Shown: piece after piece, positions 23,601 through 35,891 of the stretch | Position numbering within the stretch: the stretch's first letter is position 1 | How the letters are laid out: the number at the start of each line of letters is the position of its first letter | Origin: Azolla caroliniana | Taxonomy: Eukaryota; Plantae; Polypodiophyta | Direction of reading: 5' to 3' | Assembly (NCBI GenBank): GCA_043228905.1 | Contig: JBHGNT010000014.1 | Location: 4,402,001 to 4,466,000 of the forward strand | Length of the DNA: 64,000 bases | Notes under the pieces: model-generated | What the model was told of the DNA's origin: nothing | The model's database searches: none | The model's input: the letters and a program-made list of their open reading frames with translations, nothing else | Translations under genes and position numbers: made by a program

Positions 23601-26567
23601 AGAGTCTCCACCACTTGCCGTCTCTTCATCCGACTAGTCCAACCGACTCAATCGCTCGTTCGGTCCACTCAACCGTAACGATTCCGGACTCTCATCTTGA
23701 GTCCTTGCATCATCATCCTCTGCCAGGGCTGATTCAGGCTCACTGGCCTGATCTTCCGACATTGGGTCGGGATCGGAAGTTGGAGTGGGTGCGGAATACC
23801 AGGATGCCGATTCATCGAACTCGACATCCCGGCTAACTCGGACTTCCTTCGTCCGGGGGTTATAGCACTTATACCCCTTTTGCTCTTCAGCATAGCCGAC
23901 TAGGATGCATTTTTCTGATTTTGCATCCAGCTTTCTCCGCTTCTGATCCGGCACATGCACATACGCTATGCTGCCGAATATCCGAAGGTGTCTCAAGTTC
24001 GGCTTGCGCCCGAAATACAGCTCATGAGCTGACACCTTGTCACCAATGCGGTTTTGTATGTAGACGGCCGTCCGGACCGCCTCCGCCCAGTAGAACCGGG
24101 GCATGCTCTTCTCCTCCAGCATTGTCCTTGCCGCTTCGACGAGTGTCCGGTTCTTCCTTTTCGGCCACACCGTTTTTCTCCGGTGTGTACCTGCAGCTGA
24201 ACTCTCGCCGTATTCCCTTCTGGTGCAGATAACTAGTGAATTGGCCGGAAAAATATTCCTTTCCGCCATCCGACCGAAGGCATTTGATCTTCCTCTCCGA
24301 TTCCCGTTCCACCATCTTCTGGAGGCTCCGGAAACAGTCGAAGACTTCACTCTTCCGCTCAATGAGGTAGATCCAAGTATGCCGAGTATAGTCGTCGATG
24401 AAGGAGACGAAGTATCGGCTCCCGCCAAGGCTTACACTTTGTGCCGGTCCCCACACATCCGAATGGATGAGATCGAGCTTGTTACGGCTCCGGTTCCGTT
24501 CGGTGGGGAATGGAAGCCGGTGTTGCTTCCCAAGTTGGCAGGCTTCACAAATTTCGGCTCTCCGGCCGCTGAACTTCGGCAAACCGAAAACGACTTGTTT
24601 CGTTTGCAGATCTTGAAGCCTCCGGTAGTTGACGTGGCCTATCCGCTTGTGCCACAGGTCGATGTCTGACTCGACCTTCTGTCGTTTCGCGAACAGAGTG
24701 GTGCCAAAGTCATTGGTGTCGAGGATAAACATCCTCCCGTCTCTGCGCCCTTGCGCAATGACTTCGCCCTCATCCTCAATGAAGCACCCGAGGTGCGTAA
24801 ACCGCACCTGCATCCCCTGGTCGACAATTTGATCAACAGACACCAGGTTCTTCGTGATCGTCGGAACGTGTAACACGTTCATCAGCTTCCCTTTCTGTCC
24901 GACGTGACTTAGAGGGACTTCTCCGACGTGCACGATTGGGTGAGGAGTGTCGTCTCTGGTTTCGACTACTCCTGGTTGAACCGGTCTCTCCAGAAAGGAG
25001 AACCACTCTTTGTGGCTCGTCATGTGGTTCGACGCGCCGGAATCAACATACCACACTTCCTCCGTTTTGGAAGTGGTCTTCTTCATTGAGTTTGCCTTGT
25101 GATTCATCACCAAGGCTGGCCCCTTGCCGGCCTTTCCGGTTCCGGATCTTTCTGAACCGTTTGCGTAGTGCGAGTTTTGCCGGCCATCCTTACTGGTCTT
25201 GCCGGATCCGGATTTGTCCGAATCGGCACGCTTTCTCCAGCACTCACTTTCCCTGTGGCCCTTTTTGCCACAGTACCAGCATTCCGTAGCGGATTTGTCT
25301 TGCCGGCTTCCGGCACCGCCTTGACTCCCCCTGCTTGTGGAAGTCCCGGAATTGCTGTCGGCACGCTCATAGTGCCTCCGTTCCTGCTCTTGCCGGCCGC
25401 CTCCATTGCGTGCCGACCCACCTCTTCCACCACGCCCACGGAGCCGATCTGTTCCCGTGTACAGCATTCGGTTGTCCGGGGATGCACTGGTAGATGCACC
25501 GGCGTGGTTCTCCTCTACAAGGAGCATCGACTATAAGTCGAAGAATGAGGGGGTATTCTCCCTTGTACACACCGCAGTCCGGAACGCTCCGAACTTGGAC
25601 GCCAAGCCTCCGAGACATACCTGCACCATCTCGTCTTCCTCTACAGTAACATTGATAGAGGCGAGCGAGTCGCAGATCTCCTTTATCCGGCCCGTGTAGT
25701 CTGCCACAGACATGTTCTTCTGTCGAACATTGCTCAACTCCTGTCTGAGTTGCAGCTTCCGGGCAGTGGTGCTTGCGGCGAAAACCTTTTTCAGGTTCCC
25801 CCAAGCATCCTTCGGTGTCTTGGCGTCACGGATGTGGCTGAGCAGCTGATCGCCGACACTGGACGCGAAGCAGTACATCACCCTGCTTGCCGCCTGTTCC
25901 CATACCGGGAAGTCCTTGTGTGCCGAGTCTGGCGCCGCATCATTCGCTCCTTCGACATAACTCCAGTACCCGTGTCCAAGCAGGTACTGGTGCATCTTGT
26001 AAGACCAAGATGCGTAGTTGCTCCTGTCGAGCTTCTCCACCGGGAGCGACGTAGCCATGCCTCTATCCATGTCTTCTACTGTGTCTGTTTTCGACCTGTT
26101 AGGGTTTTCTTCTCAAGAGTAAATGTCTGCAGCAGAGGTTCTCAACCCTCGCACTCTGATACCATGTGAACGTAAGTGTTTGCGGAAGCGTAAAACAGAG
26201 AACAACACAGAGAGAGAGAGACAGAGACAGAGAGAGCAGAACACAATTTCAAAATTATATCAAGACTCTGCATTTACACACTGTGCTAAGTAGCACTATT
26301 TATACTAGTCCTCTTGGGACTGATAGAAATACCATGTACTTCAATGCTCACACGAACATCTGACACTTACTACGAGACTATAGATACCTAGTAGTCTATC
26401 CTATTCTAGGCTTCCGATTGGACTGCCGGTTACGGATTGCACCCGGCCTCCACTGCTTGCCGGTTCGGTTGCTCACCGTCATACCGATCCGTTTCGCCCG
26501 ATCCGTCTCGCTTACCGGCTCCGGCTTATTCAGCCGATCCGGCTCCGGTTGAGCTTGCCGCTCAACA
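20624..26567 (-). mobile_element. Structurally complete Copia C
   Basis: LTRs at 20624-21032 and 26165-26567 differ at only a handful of sites. Perfect TSD TTTAT, iMet PBS (TGGTATCAGAG) and PPT GAGGGGGAG. Confidence 0.97.
21381..26070 (-). pseudogene. Copia C gag-PR-INT-RT-RH polyprotein, recently inactivated
   Basis: All domains present (CWYCGKKGHRESEC, YVDSGAS, HSDVWGP, LYVDDL, YTDADWAG, ARTKHIEVHYHF). Interrupted by stops near 25531, 23634 and 22395 and a frameshift near 24160. Confidence 0.92.
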
Positions 26568-26789
26568 TTTATCTAATCAACAAGTCTCCTTTTGTGCCTC
26601 TGAAAGGTGATGTTTCACAAAGGGTGTGGTTAGGTATAGATGTCTCCTACCAACACCCGGGGGTGTTCGGATGCCTAGTATATATGCATGTAACTAAGGA
26701 TAAGAGGTCGAAGCTCGATAGCAAGTAGAAACCATGCATATTTCTGGGGTATTCGGAGGATGAATTAGGCTATAGGCTATCCGAGAACC

Positions 26790-27495
26790 ATAGTTGAGTA
26801 AAGTAGCTAATTAGCTATCCTACTAGCTAATTAGCTACTACCATAGTTGAGTAACGTACCTAATTAGCTATCCTACTAGCTAATTAGCTACTGGCAACTA
26901 ATTAGCTATCCTAGTAGCTAATTAGCTGCTGGCAACTAATTAGCTATCCTACTAGCGAATTAGCTATCCTAGTAGCTACTGCCATAGTTGTGTAAAGTAG
27001 CTAATAAGCTATCCTAGTAGCTAATTAGCTACTGGCAGCTAATTATGTATCCTAGTAGCTAATTAGCTACTGGCAGCTAATTAGCTATCCTAGTAGCTAA
27101 TTAGCTGATGGCAACTAATTAGCTATCCTACTAGCGAATTAGCTATCCTAGTAGCTACTGCCATAGTTGTGTAAAGTAGCTAATAAGCTATCCTAGTAGC
27201 TAATTAGCTACTGGCAGCTAATTATGTATCCTAGTAGCTAATTAGCTACTGGCAGCTAATTAGCTATCCTAGTAGCTAATTAGCTACTGGCAGCTAATTA
27301 GCTGTCCTAGTAGCTAATAAGCTATCCTAACTACTACCATAGTTGAGTAAAGTACCTAATTAGCTATCCTAACTACTACCATAGTTGAGTAAAGTACCTA
27401 ATTAGCTATCATACTAGCTAATTAGCTATCGTACTAGCTAATTAGCTATCCTAGCTTCTACCATAGTTTAGTAAAGTAGCTAATTAGCTATCCTA
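26790..27495. repeat. TAGCTAATTAGCTA palindrome array (left)
   Basis: Dozens of copies of the 14-bp palindrome with short spacers and higher-order repetition; the array ends just before an AG splice acceptor at 27516-27517. Confidence 0.95.
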
Positions 27496-27517
27496 AATAA
27501 CTGTCATGTTATTGTAG

Positions 27518-29396
27518 AATCTTGTGGATTAAGGACGGCACATGATGTGTCTGGTGCTGATGATGCTGCAACAGATGAGGATACTACTGCCAATGTGGCT
27601 GAAAGTAAGAGTCCTGCTATCACATCTCCTTCAGATCAGCTGCACCCTATTCTTTTGGAACAGTGTACTGAATTAGGCAACGATGTGAAATGCCATGAAA
27701 TAGTGGAAACAACATGTAAAACTGAGGTTCACAACAACAGTGTTTATGAACACTTGATGCAACATTTCTTCGAGTCTCAAGACCTTGATTCCACCCCACC
27801 GAGCCCAACTACTGAAAATGTCCAAACAGATCCCTCTGTACTTGAAAAGCTAGTTCAAGAAACGGCTGATGTGCAATTAGCTGCTGAGGCGATGGGAAGG
27901 TTGTCGGAGGAGGACACACTTGCGCATTGGGTCCTAGAAGCAAGGCTAAATGGGGAACCAACCAGAAAAAGGCTGAAGAAGGGGCCACGATCGGGAACAA
28001 GACCAGTTACTCGGTCAAGGGGCCCAGACGTAGTGGAGCGAAATACTGTTTAGTTGGATATGATTGTTAGCTTAGGGATTTTGCTAGGGTTTTATGAAGT
28101 TTTACTATCCTGTTGGACAAGTAAAACCTCAGATTGGTTGTTGCTTGATCCACATTATGTAATGGAACTCTATGATGTTTTTCCAAGATAATTTGAAGAG
28201 TGTTGTTCTATGACTGAAACTCTTTGATGTTCAGGATATTGTTTTGTGAGACTAGTAGTTACTTTGTGAGTGTGAATATGTTGGTGTTTTCTGATGTTGC
28301 AGAGTCTAAAGGGTTTGATTCTATTGCTCGTAAGGCCAATGGCAGTGTGGATACTGTTGATGTTGCGGCATGTTTAAAGGGCCCCATCTTGAAAGTAGAT
28401 GTAGCAACTGACACAAGTGATCTGGTCACACAAGTTGATCAAGCATGTAGCACGGATGACTTGGTGTTGCAGGTAGATGCAGCATGTAGCACGGATGACT
28501 TGGTGTTGCAGGTAGATGCAGCATGTAGCACGGATGACTTGGTGTTGCAGGTAGATGCAGCATGTAGCACGGATGACTTGGTGTTGCAGGTAGATGCAGC
28601 ATGTGATACCAGTGGATTGATATCGAGCAGAACAGTAGCTACATGCACTGAGGTAATCCAAGGATTGATAACTAAGTCGACAAAACAAGAGCACCAGAAT
28701 GTGAAGCTAGGCCCAACACAGTCGACTAGGGGTTTAAAGAGGAAAAGGACACCAGTTGTGTCAGCCGAACCTGAGCTGATTGAGATTGATCGTATCCTAC
28801 CAGAAAATGGTGTAACAGCGGCTCAGTTTCAGGAATGGAAACCTAAACCACTAGAAGTCGAGCGAAGAGCCTTGATCTTGGAGCTGGATAAAGTCTTGAT
28901 GAGTGTGAGATATATGCAGCCAAGGAGGGACGCAAATCAGTTTCTAGAGTGGGCTGCGGAGTACTTCGATTTGTTTATTTGGAGTGAGAAACCAAAATCA
29001 GATGTGTGGAAGTGTTTGGCAAGATTCTTCCCAAAATGGCGAAGTCGTTTTAAAGGTCAATGGGCACGAGAAAATTGTGAGCAGATGGAAGCTGCAAGAT
29101 TCAAGAGGCTTTCTGATTTTTGGGCTACTTGGCCTGAATATAATGCTGACAATACATTGATTTTGGATACAGAACATTTCCGACACTACTTCAATATTCG
29201 GAGATGCTGTCTCATTCTACCCGAGGAAATGCCTGAACAGTACCTGGTGCAAACAGTGAGCTGCCAACTAGGTGCATGGTTGTGGACTCCATACCGAGCT
29301 CAATATGCGGATAATATATGTAGACTCGTTCCACTGACTAGCAAGAGCTTAGCTGTTTATAGGAGATTTGTAGACATTTCCAATGGTAATTTATAA
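27518..29396 (+). CDS. Transposon accessory protein, 5'-truncated: 13-aa repeats, KRKR NLS and C-terminal FCP1/NIF-like (HAD-fold) domain
   Basis: Predicted exons 27518-27604 and 28303-29396 (phase-1 GT/AG). Motifs LILELDKVL...RRDANQFLEW..YFDLFIWS...WARENC...KRLSDFW...NTLILD follow the NIF/SCP pattern. No start exon is visible. Confidence 0.6.
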
Positions 29397-29579
29397 ATAT
29401 GTAAAGAGATGACATTATTCAATGAAGAATTTTGTTCCCACTGTACTTATCTACTATGTAATTTGAGGAATATGTTGCAGATTGTTGATTTCATTCTATT
29501 GATGACTATTTAGCTATTGACAGCTAATTAGCTACATTTGTACAGCTAATTAGCTGCATTTGTACAGCTAATTAGCTGC

Positions 29580-30055
29580 ATTTGTACAGCTAATTAGCTA
29601 CTGATGAGTCTGTCGCTATAACTTATAACTTAAAACTTAACAAAAAAGACATGATTTTATTGAGAAAGAAGCACAGAAAGCAGACTGTATACAAGAATTT
29701 GATTCCAAACGAATTTATTGATCTGTTTTCGCGAAATACATGTTTGTTTTACAAGAGAACATGGTAAGTGCTACTTGTAGCTACAAATTCCATGGCATAC
29801 TATTGTAAATACATTTGTACAGCTAATTAGCTACTGATGAGTCTGTCGCTATAACTTATAACTTAAAACTTAACAAAAAAGACATGATTTTATTGAGAAA
29901 GAAGCACAGAAAGCAGACTGTATACAAGAAATTGATTCCAAACGAATTTATTGATCTGTTTTCGCGAAATACATGTTTGTTTTACAAGAGAACATGGTAA
30001 GTGCTACTTGTAGCTACAAATTCCATGGCATACTATTGTAAATACATTTGTACAG
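29580..30055. repeat. 233-bp tandem duplication of the transposase stop and 3' UTR
   Basis: CTGATGAGTC recurs at 29601 and 29834; the last codons (CIYNSMPWNL*) are duplicated. Confidence 0.9.
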
Positions 30056-33000
30056 CTTAGCACCAACAGTGTATAAACCGGAGCAGCTATTGTATTCTGA
30101 CATTGGGACGTTGATGCATCTGACCAAATGAGAGTACATATACGCTGCTGGTTTGTCTTCTAACAGCCTGTACACATATTCGTAGTCATCTAGTTTTGCA
30201 TAAAAAATGCCTTCGATGTAGAATGTCCCGGCAGATACAAAATTTCCCCATGCATCTACAATATTCTGCCTTGCACACTGTTTACTAACCGTGCACTTTA
30301 ATATATAGAAATCAACACCCTCTGAATTGCCTTCTTCAGCATTTACAGCGAAGTTATCCCCAACGTTCAGGACATCACTCAAAGTATCTCCAAGTCCCTC
30401 ATATGTGAAGTCAGCATTCTGCCCTGTTTCTCCATCAACTGCTTCCTTATCATTCAGAGTGTGATACTCCCAATTCTGAATGTATGCTTTGTTTAGACAA
30501 TATCTCCAATTTCCCTGCACACAATGGAAGCAAAAACAAGTCAATTCTCTAACCGCAATACAATGACCATCCAACCTGGAATAACCGCGAACAGCATGCA
30601 GAGATCGCAATTCGGGAATTCCTTGGCACTCCCAGGTCTTCTCCCTATTTACTTCATCTATCTTCACTTCCCAAAATTCATGTTTGATATCTCGAACTTG
30701 CGAGGAATAAACACCTGTGGCACTCGTCGACATATTTGTTCTTAAAAATTCAACTACATGTGATGCACAATTCATGTGCACACCATCTGTCTTTAGTTGT
30801 TCATGGGTAAGTGCCCGCTTTATAACAGCCCCTGCACCATCATGTTCACCTTTACCATGGCCAGACCCAAAAAAATTCCATCTCATCTCCAAACCTGTTA
30901 TAGCAGGATACCTCCCCACAAAATAAAATGGACGTCGAGCCTTGAATTGTGACGCAGCTCCGTCAGACCAGACCCAATGTTGAGTAAGCTCCAAACGTTG
31001 AGCTAATAACCACTGCCAATGTAACTTAAAACAGTGTTGGACGAACAAGGTATCATGCTTCTTATCATCGGAAATAAAGAAATGAATTACTTTTTTAACA
31101 TCACCTGAAACTCGAAAATATGTTATGTGCACAAAAATGGTTACCTGAACTGAACACCAATGCATAGATTGAATTTCATTCTGCTGCTTGAAAGTATAAT
31201 TCTCTGCGAAATCTACTACTGAGACTACTACATCATTTGGGAAATCAGATATGCAAGTCTTAAACTGATGGGCCTGCCATGAATAAATGAAGTTGTGTTT
31301 AATGAACTTTCCTAGAGATACTACAAACAGAGACACCAAATCCCTTGGTTTAAGCATCTTCCGAACTAGATCCTTTCTTTTACACACCTTTCCTTCGAAA
31401 TTGGTGTTCACTGACTCAAATAACTTCACAGAGATCAATATTTCACTACTCAATTCTTTTGGACACCACCTAAATCTAGTAGGGCCACAATCTTGACATA
31501 AACCCATGACACATTTATGAATATGGAAGATAGCGTCAGATTCTCTCGGACACAATATTGAATCTAATAAATAACTCATGGAAGAGATAACGTGCTCAGA
31601 TGATTTACACTCCTCTTGCGGGCTTGATCGACAGATTTGGCACCCACATGTGCAAACTGTATTAGTTAGGGATGCGCTATGGTGACGTAGTAGATTAACA
31701 GAGTCCTTCAGAAAACCCATCTGTACATGGTAAATGCAACAACATGTGTATCGATCCTTTAAGCGTCTCACAAAGTGTGGCTTAAGAGACTCGAATGTTC
31801 GTAGTTGAACTTTGATAGTTGGATGCATTCGTTTGAACCTAATAAATAAATCGACCTGCGTAATAAAGGGGAATTAGTTATTCTCGTAACTAGCTAACTA
31901 TCCTAGTAGCTAATTAGCTATTCTAGTAGCTAGTTAGCTATTCTAGTAGCTAGTTAGCTATTCTAGTAGCCAATTAGCTATCATGGTAGCTAATTAGCTA
32001 TTCTAGTAGCTAATTAGCTATCATGGTACCTAATTAGCTGTCGTAGTAGCTAATTAGCTATCATGGTACCTAATTAGCTGTCGTAGTAGCTAATTAGCTA
32101 TCATGGTAGCTAATTAGCTGTCGTAGTAGCTAATTAGCTGTCGTAGTAGCTAATTAGCTATCATGGTAGCTAATTAGCTATTCTAGTAGCTAATTAGCTA
32201 TCATGGTAGCTAGTTAGCTGTCGTAGTAGCTAATTAGCTATCATGGTAGCTAGTTAGCTGTCGTAGTAGCTAATTAGCTATCATGGTAGCTAATTAGCTG
32301 TCGTAGTAGCTAATTAGCTATCATGGTAGCTAATTAGCTGTCGTAGTAGCTAATTAGCTATCATGGTAGCTAATTAGCTGTCGTAGTAGCTAATTAGCTA
32401 TCATGGTAGCTAATTAGCTATTCTAGTAGCTAATTAGCTATTCTAGTAGCTAATTAGCTATCATGGTAGCTAATTAGCTGTCGTAGTAGCTAATTAGCTA
32501 TCATGGTAGCTAATTAGCTGTCCTAGTAGCTAATTAGTTGTCCTAGTAGCTAATTAGCTATCATGGTGGCTAATTAGCTTGTCTACTAGCTAATTAGCTA
32601 TCATGGTGGCTAATTAGCTTTCCTAGTAACTAATTAGCTATCATGGTAGCTAATTAGCTGGTCTAGAAGCTAATTAGCTATCGTGGTAGCTAATTAGCTA
32701 GTCTAGTAGCTAATTAGCTATAATGGTGGCTGATTAGCTTTCCTAGTAACTAATTAGCTATCATGGTAGCTAATTAGCTGGTATAGTAGCTAATTAGCTA
32801 TCATGGTAGCTAATTAGCTATCACGGTGGCTAATTAGCTGTCCTAGTAACTAATTAGCTATCATGGTAGCTAATTAGCTGGTCTAGTAGCTAATTAGCTA
32901 TAATGGTGGCTAATTAGCTATCCTAACTAATTAGCTATCATGGTAGTAGCTATTGAGAGTAGCCAGTTACCTATGTAGTAGCTATCATAGTAGCTAATTA

Positions 33001-34049
33001 GCTATCATGGTAGCTAATTAGCTTTCCTAGTAGCTAATTAGTTGGTAATAACGAAATAGCTAACTAGCTACCATGATAGCTAACTAGCTAGCAGTACAGC
33101 TAATTATCTGGTAGTACCTAAATTAGCTATTGAGAATAGCTAATTAGCTATCATGGTAGTAACTATTGAGAGTAGCTAGTTACCTATGTAGTAGCGATCC
33201 TAGTAGCTAACTGAGGTAAATGTAACTGATAAGCTAATTAGCTTTTCTGCTAACTGAGCTAATTAACTTTCCGAGTAGAGTCAAAACAAATGTTGAGATA
33301 AATGTAAATACCTGAGGTACATCAAGAAGATGAATGGGATGCTCCTCGTATTGATTTCTTCCAACACGTTTCCTGCATAAATCCTTTTTATTGGGTGAAA
33401 CCCTACTCTCATTAGTCCAAAACATTGTGATTACATCCTTGATTTCAAATGTTATGGGTGTCATTGGCTTACATCTTGTAGTTAGCTTTAGTAGACTAGT
33501 TCCTTCACCCGAGGAAATTATACGGTTCATTGTATTGTACACTGTTTTTCTACTAACACCAATTACCTTAGATAGCTCACTGATGTTTATATCGTCAACA
33601 TCACTATTAAGTAACATCATTAGACTAGACCTTTTTAAGACAAGATCATCTTCTGACCTGCTCATGGATACGAAACTATTACGAAGATTATTTACTAAAA
33701 TAGATGATATGTTTGCATTAAGACCATCACAATCAACTAAGTCCTTTATCGATGGATCATTACATATTCCATAAAGTACTACCTTCTTTTCTTCATTGCT
33801 GATGTGCTTGGTTTGAACATTGAAATAGTCTACAACCTTTCTCTCTATGATGGTAGTCGCATTACTTACATTCTCATCTAAACTATCCTTACCTTTACTG
33901 AGTGTGGCTTTCGTATCCTTCAACAATTGACGATGTTTCCTTTTTTTTTCTGCCCAATAGTTTCGTATGGCTTGTTGTGTCCTGATAACATCATCCCTAT
34001 CCTTATGATCATTGAGGGGTAATTCTAAACACCCTTCTTCCCCTTCCAT
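30014..34049 (-). CDS. Sola2-like DDD transposase, two exons (34049-33312, 31855-30014), about 860 aa
   Basis: A phase-0 GT...AG intron joins LLDVPQ|VDLFIRFKRMHP. Motifs RYTCCCIYH, VDFAENY-QNEIQSMHW, SDDKKHD, WSDGAASQFK and FFGSGHGKGEHDGAG. No stops or frameshifts. Confidence 0.8.
31880..33265. repeat. TAGCTAATTAGCTA palindrome array filling the transposase intron
   Basis: 20-bp period (14-bp palindrome plus a 6-bp spacer such as TCATGG, TCGTAG or TTCTAG), roughly 60 units. Confidence 0.95.
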
Positions 34050-34394
34050 TTGGCTAGACATGTTAAAACCCTAAATTTCCAGAAAAAAAAACAAGTATTA
34101 AAGATGGCTATGGGCAACAACAATACACAAAAATATTCCACACAATACACAAGATTAGACACAACAATACACAAGATAATCAATAGACAGAAAAGTTATT
34201 GCAATCCAAGACCGAACAGTAGAGGATTTCACTCTGTTGGATCCAACAGTTGAGGAGGCGATCCAAGACCGACCAATGGCAACAACTGAGTGTAGAATGT
34301 TGCCGTTGGATGAGTGAACTCCGTCAAATCGAAATGTGGAAGCAATCCGGGACTGGACAGTAGTGGCAACTGAGTATAGAATGATGGCAATGGA

Positions 34395-35045
34395 GGAGAG
34401 AACCCCGTCAGATTGAACAGTTACCGATGATGCTTGAAACGCACATAGAAGGCACTTGAGAATAGAGTGGCATAGAGAAGAGAACCCCGTCAGATTGAAC
34501 AGTTACCAATGATGCTTGAAACGCACAGTAGCGGCCCCTGAGTGACAGTGGAAAAGAGAAGAGAACCCCGTCAGATTGAACAGTTACCAATGATGCTTGA
34601 AACGCACAGTAGCGGCCCCTGAGTGAGAGTGGAAAAGAGAAGAGAACCCCGTCAGATTGAACAGTTACCAATGATGCTTGAAACGCACAGTAGCGGCCCC
34701 TGAGTGAGAGTGGAAAAGAGAAGAGAACCCCGTCAGATTGAATAGCTCTTCGATTATGCTTGGAACGCACAGTAGCAACCCCTGAGTGTAGAGTGGCAAA
34801 GAGAAGAGAACCCCGTCAGATTGAACAACTCTTTGATGATGCTTGGAACGCACAGTAATGGCCCCTGAGTGTAGAGTGGCACAGAGAAGAGAACCCCGTC
34901 AGATTGAACAGCTCTTTGATGATGCTTGGAATGCACAATAGTGGCCCCTGAGTGTAGAGTGTCACAGAGAAGAGAACCCCGTCAGATTGAGCAGCTCTTT
35001 GATGATGCTTGGAACGCACAGTAGCAGCCCCTCAGTGTAGAGTGG
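34395..35045. repeat. 81-83-bp tandem repeat x8 upstream of the transposase
   Basis: The CAG of GAGAACCCCGTCAGATTGA recurs at 34409, 34491, 34572, 34653, 34734, 34817, 34900 and 34983. Confidence 0.9.
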
Positions 35046-35891
35046 CGGCAGGTGGACTCGATAGGGTTTAGCAACAGTGGTAGCAACTAACCCACAGTAC
35101 TCAACTAGAGATGGCCTACGTGATGTGGCAAAGGATCATGCATAATGGACCTAGGAATTCGATATATAATTTATGGTACACATTTATGGTGCACACATCA
35201 ATTTATGTTGCACATTTATGGCACTCATTTACATATGTAATTAAAACACTCTAGTATTTTCAATGGTAGTTTTTTGCATACTTAATTTATTAATGATGGC
35301 TTTTTACTAAAATGACTATTTATCAATGGTAGCTTTTTGCATAGCTAATTAGCTATGTCAAGGACATAGCTAATTGTTTCCACTCGCATGCTTTCACCCA
35401 TGGGACCTTCTCAATAAGAAGGTTGTGAGGAGTTGAGACTTTGTGTTTATGGAAGACAAGACAATCGAAGACTGGAAACAACAACATTTGGGGTTGTCTT
35501 GTCAACGGACTCCGAACACATGACTAGTCGACTTGGCACAATCGATTGTTAAGACAACCAATCGAAATAGCCGAATCCGAGTCGGTTGACTCGGAGCAAC
35601 TGACAAACACATATGAGTCGGAGTCAACAGAACTCCAACAACCAACTGACATGCATGAACCCGAGCTGAATGAAGAGCCAACAGAGACATCTGAACCTGA
35701 ACCAACAATGGGAGGCATGAGATATCCACTTAGAGAAAGGAGAGCACCCACACGATACGCCAATCAATACGTCCTCTTGATTGATGACAGTGAGCGAGAA
35801 TGCTATTATATGCGGATGACATGTTAATAGTCGGACAGGACACAAAGAAGATCGTGAGCTTAAAGAAAGCCCTAGACAAATCGTTTGCCAT

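Larger units (their letters stand above)
26781..35399 (-). mobile_element. Sola2-like DNA transposon with accessory gene; left end apparently lost
   Basis: Splits host Copia integrase GYRL|WDLL with no host loss. Encodes a DDD transposase. The right terminus reads 5'-GGGTGAAAGC. No matching left TIR. Confidence 0.75.

Noticed and set aside
29595-29700. Hammerhead ribozyme (CTGATGA, duplicated at 29834)
   Set aside because: The only plausible stem II partner (CAGAC) is preceded rather than followed by GAAA, and stems I and III could not be built.
31880-35045. CRISPR-like arrays (palindromic repeat with spacers; 81-83-bp repeats)
   Set aside because: Spacers are 6 bp and recurrent, or absent; eukaryotic context and no cas genes.
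26781-35400. Helitron (5' TC, A|T site, subterminal hairpin)
   Set aside because: No CTRR end and no Rep/helicase; the encoded enzyme is a DDD transposase. Kept only as an alternative reading of the ends.
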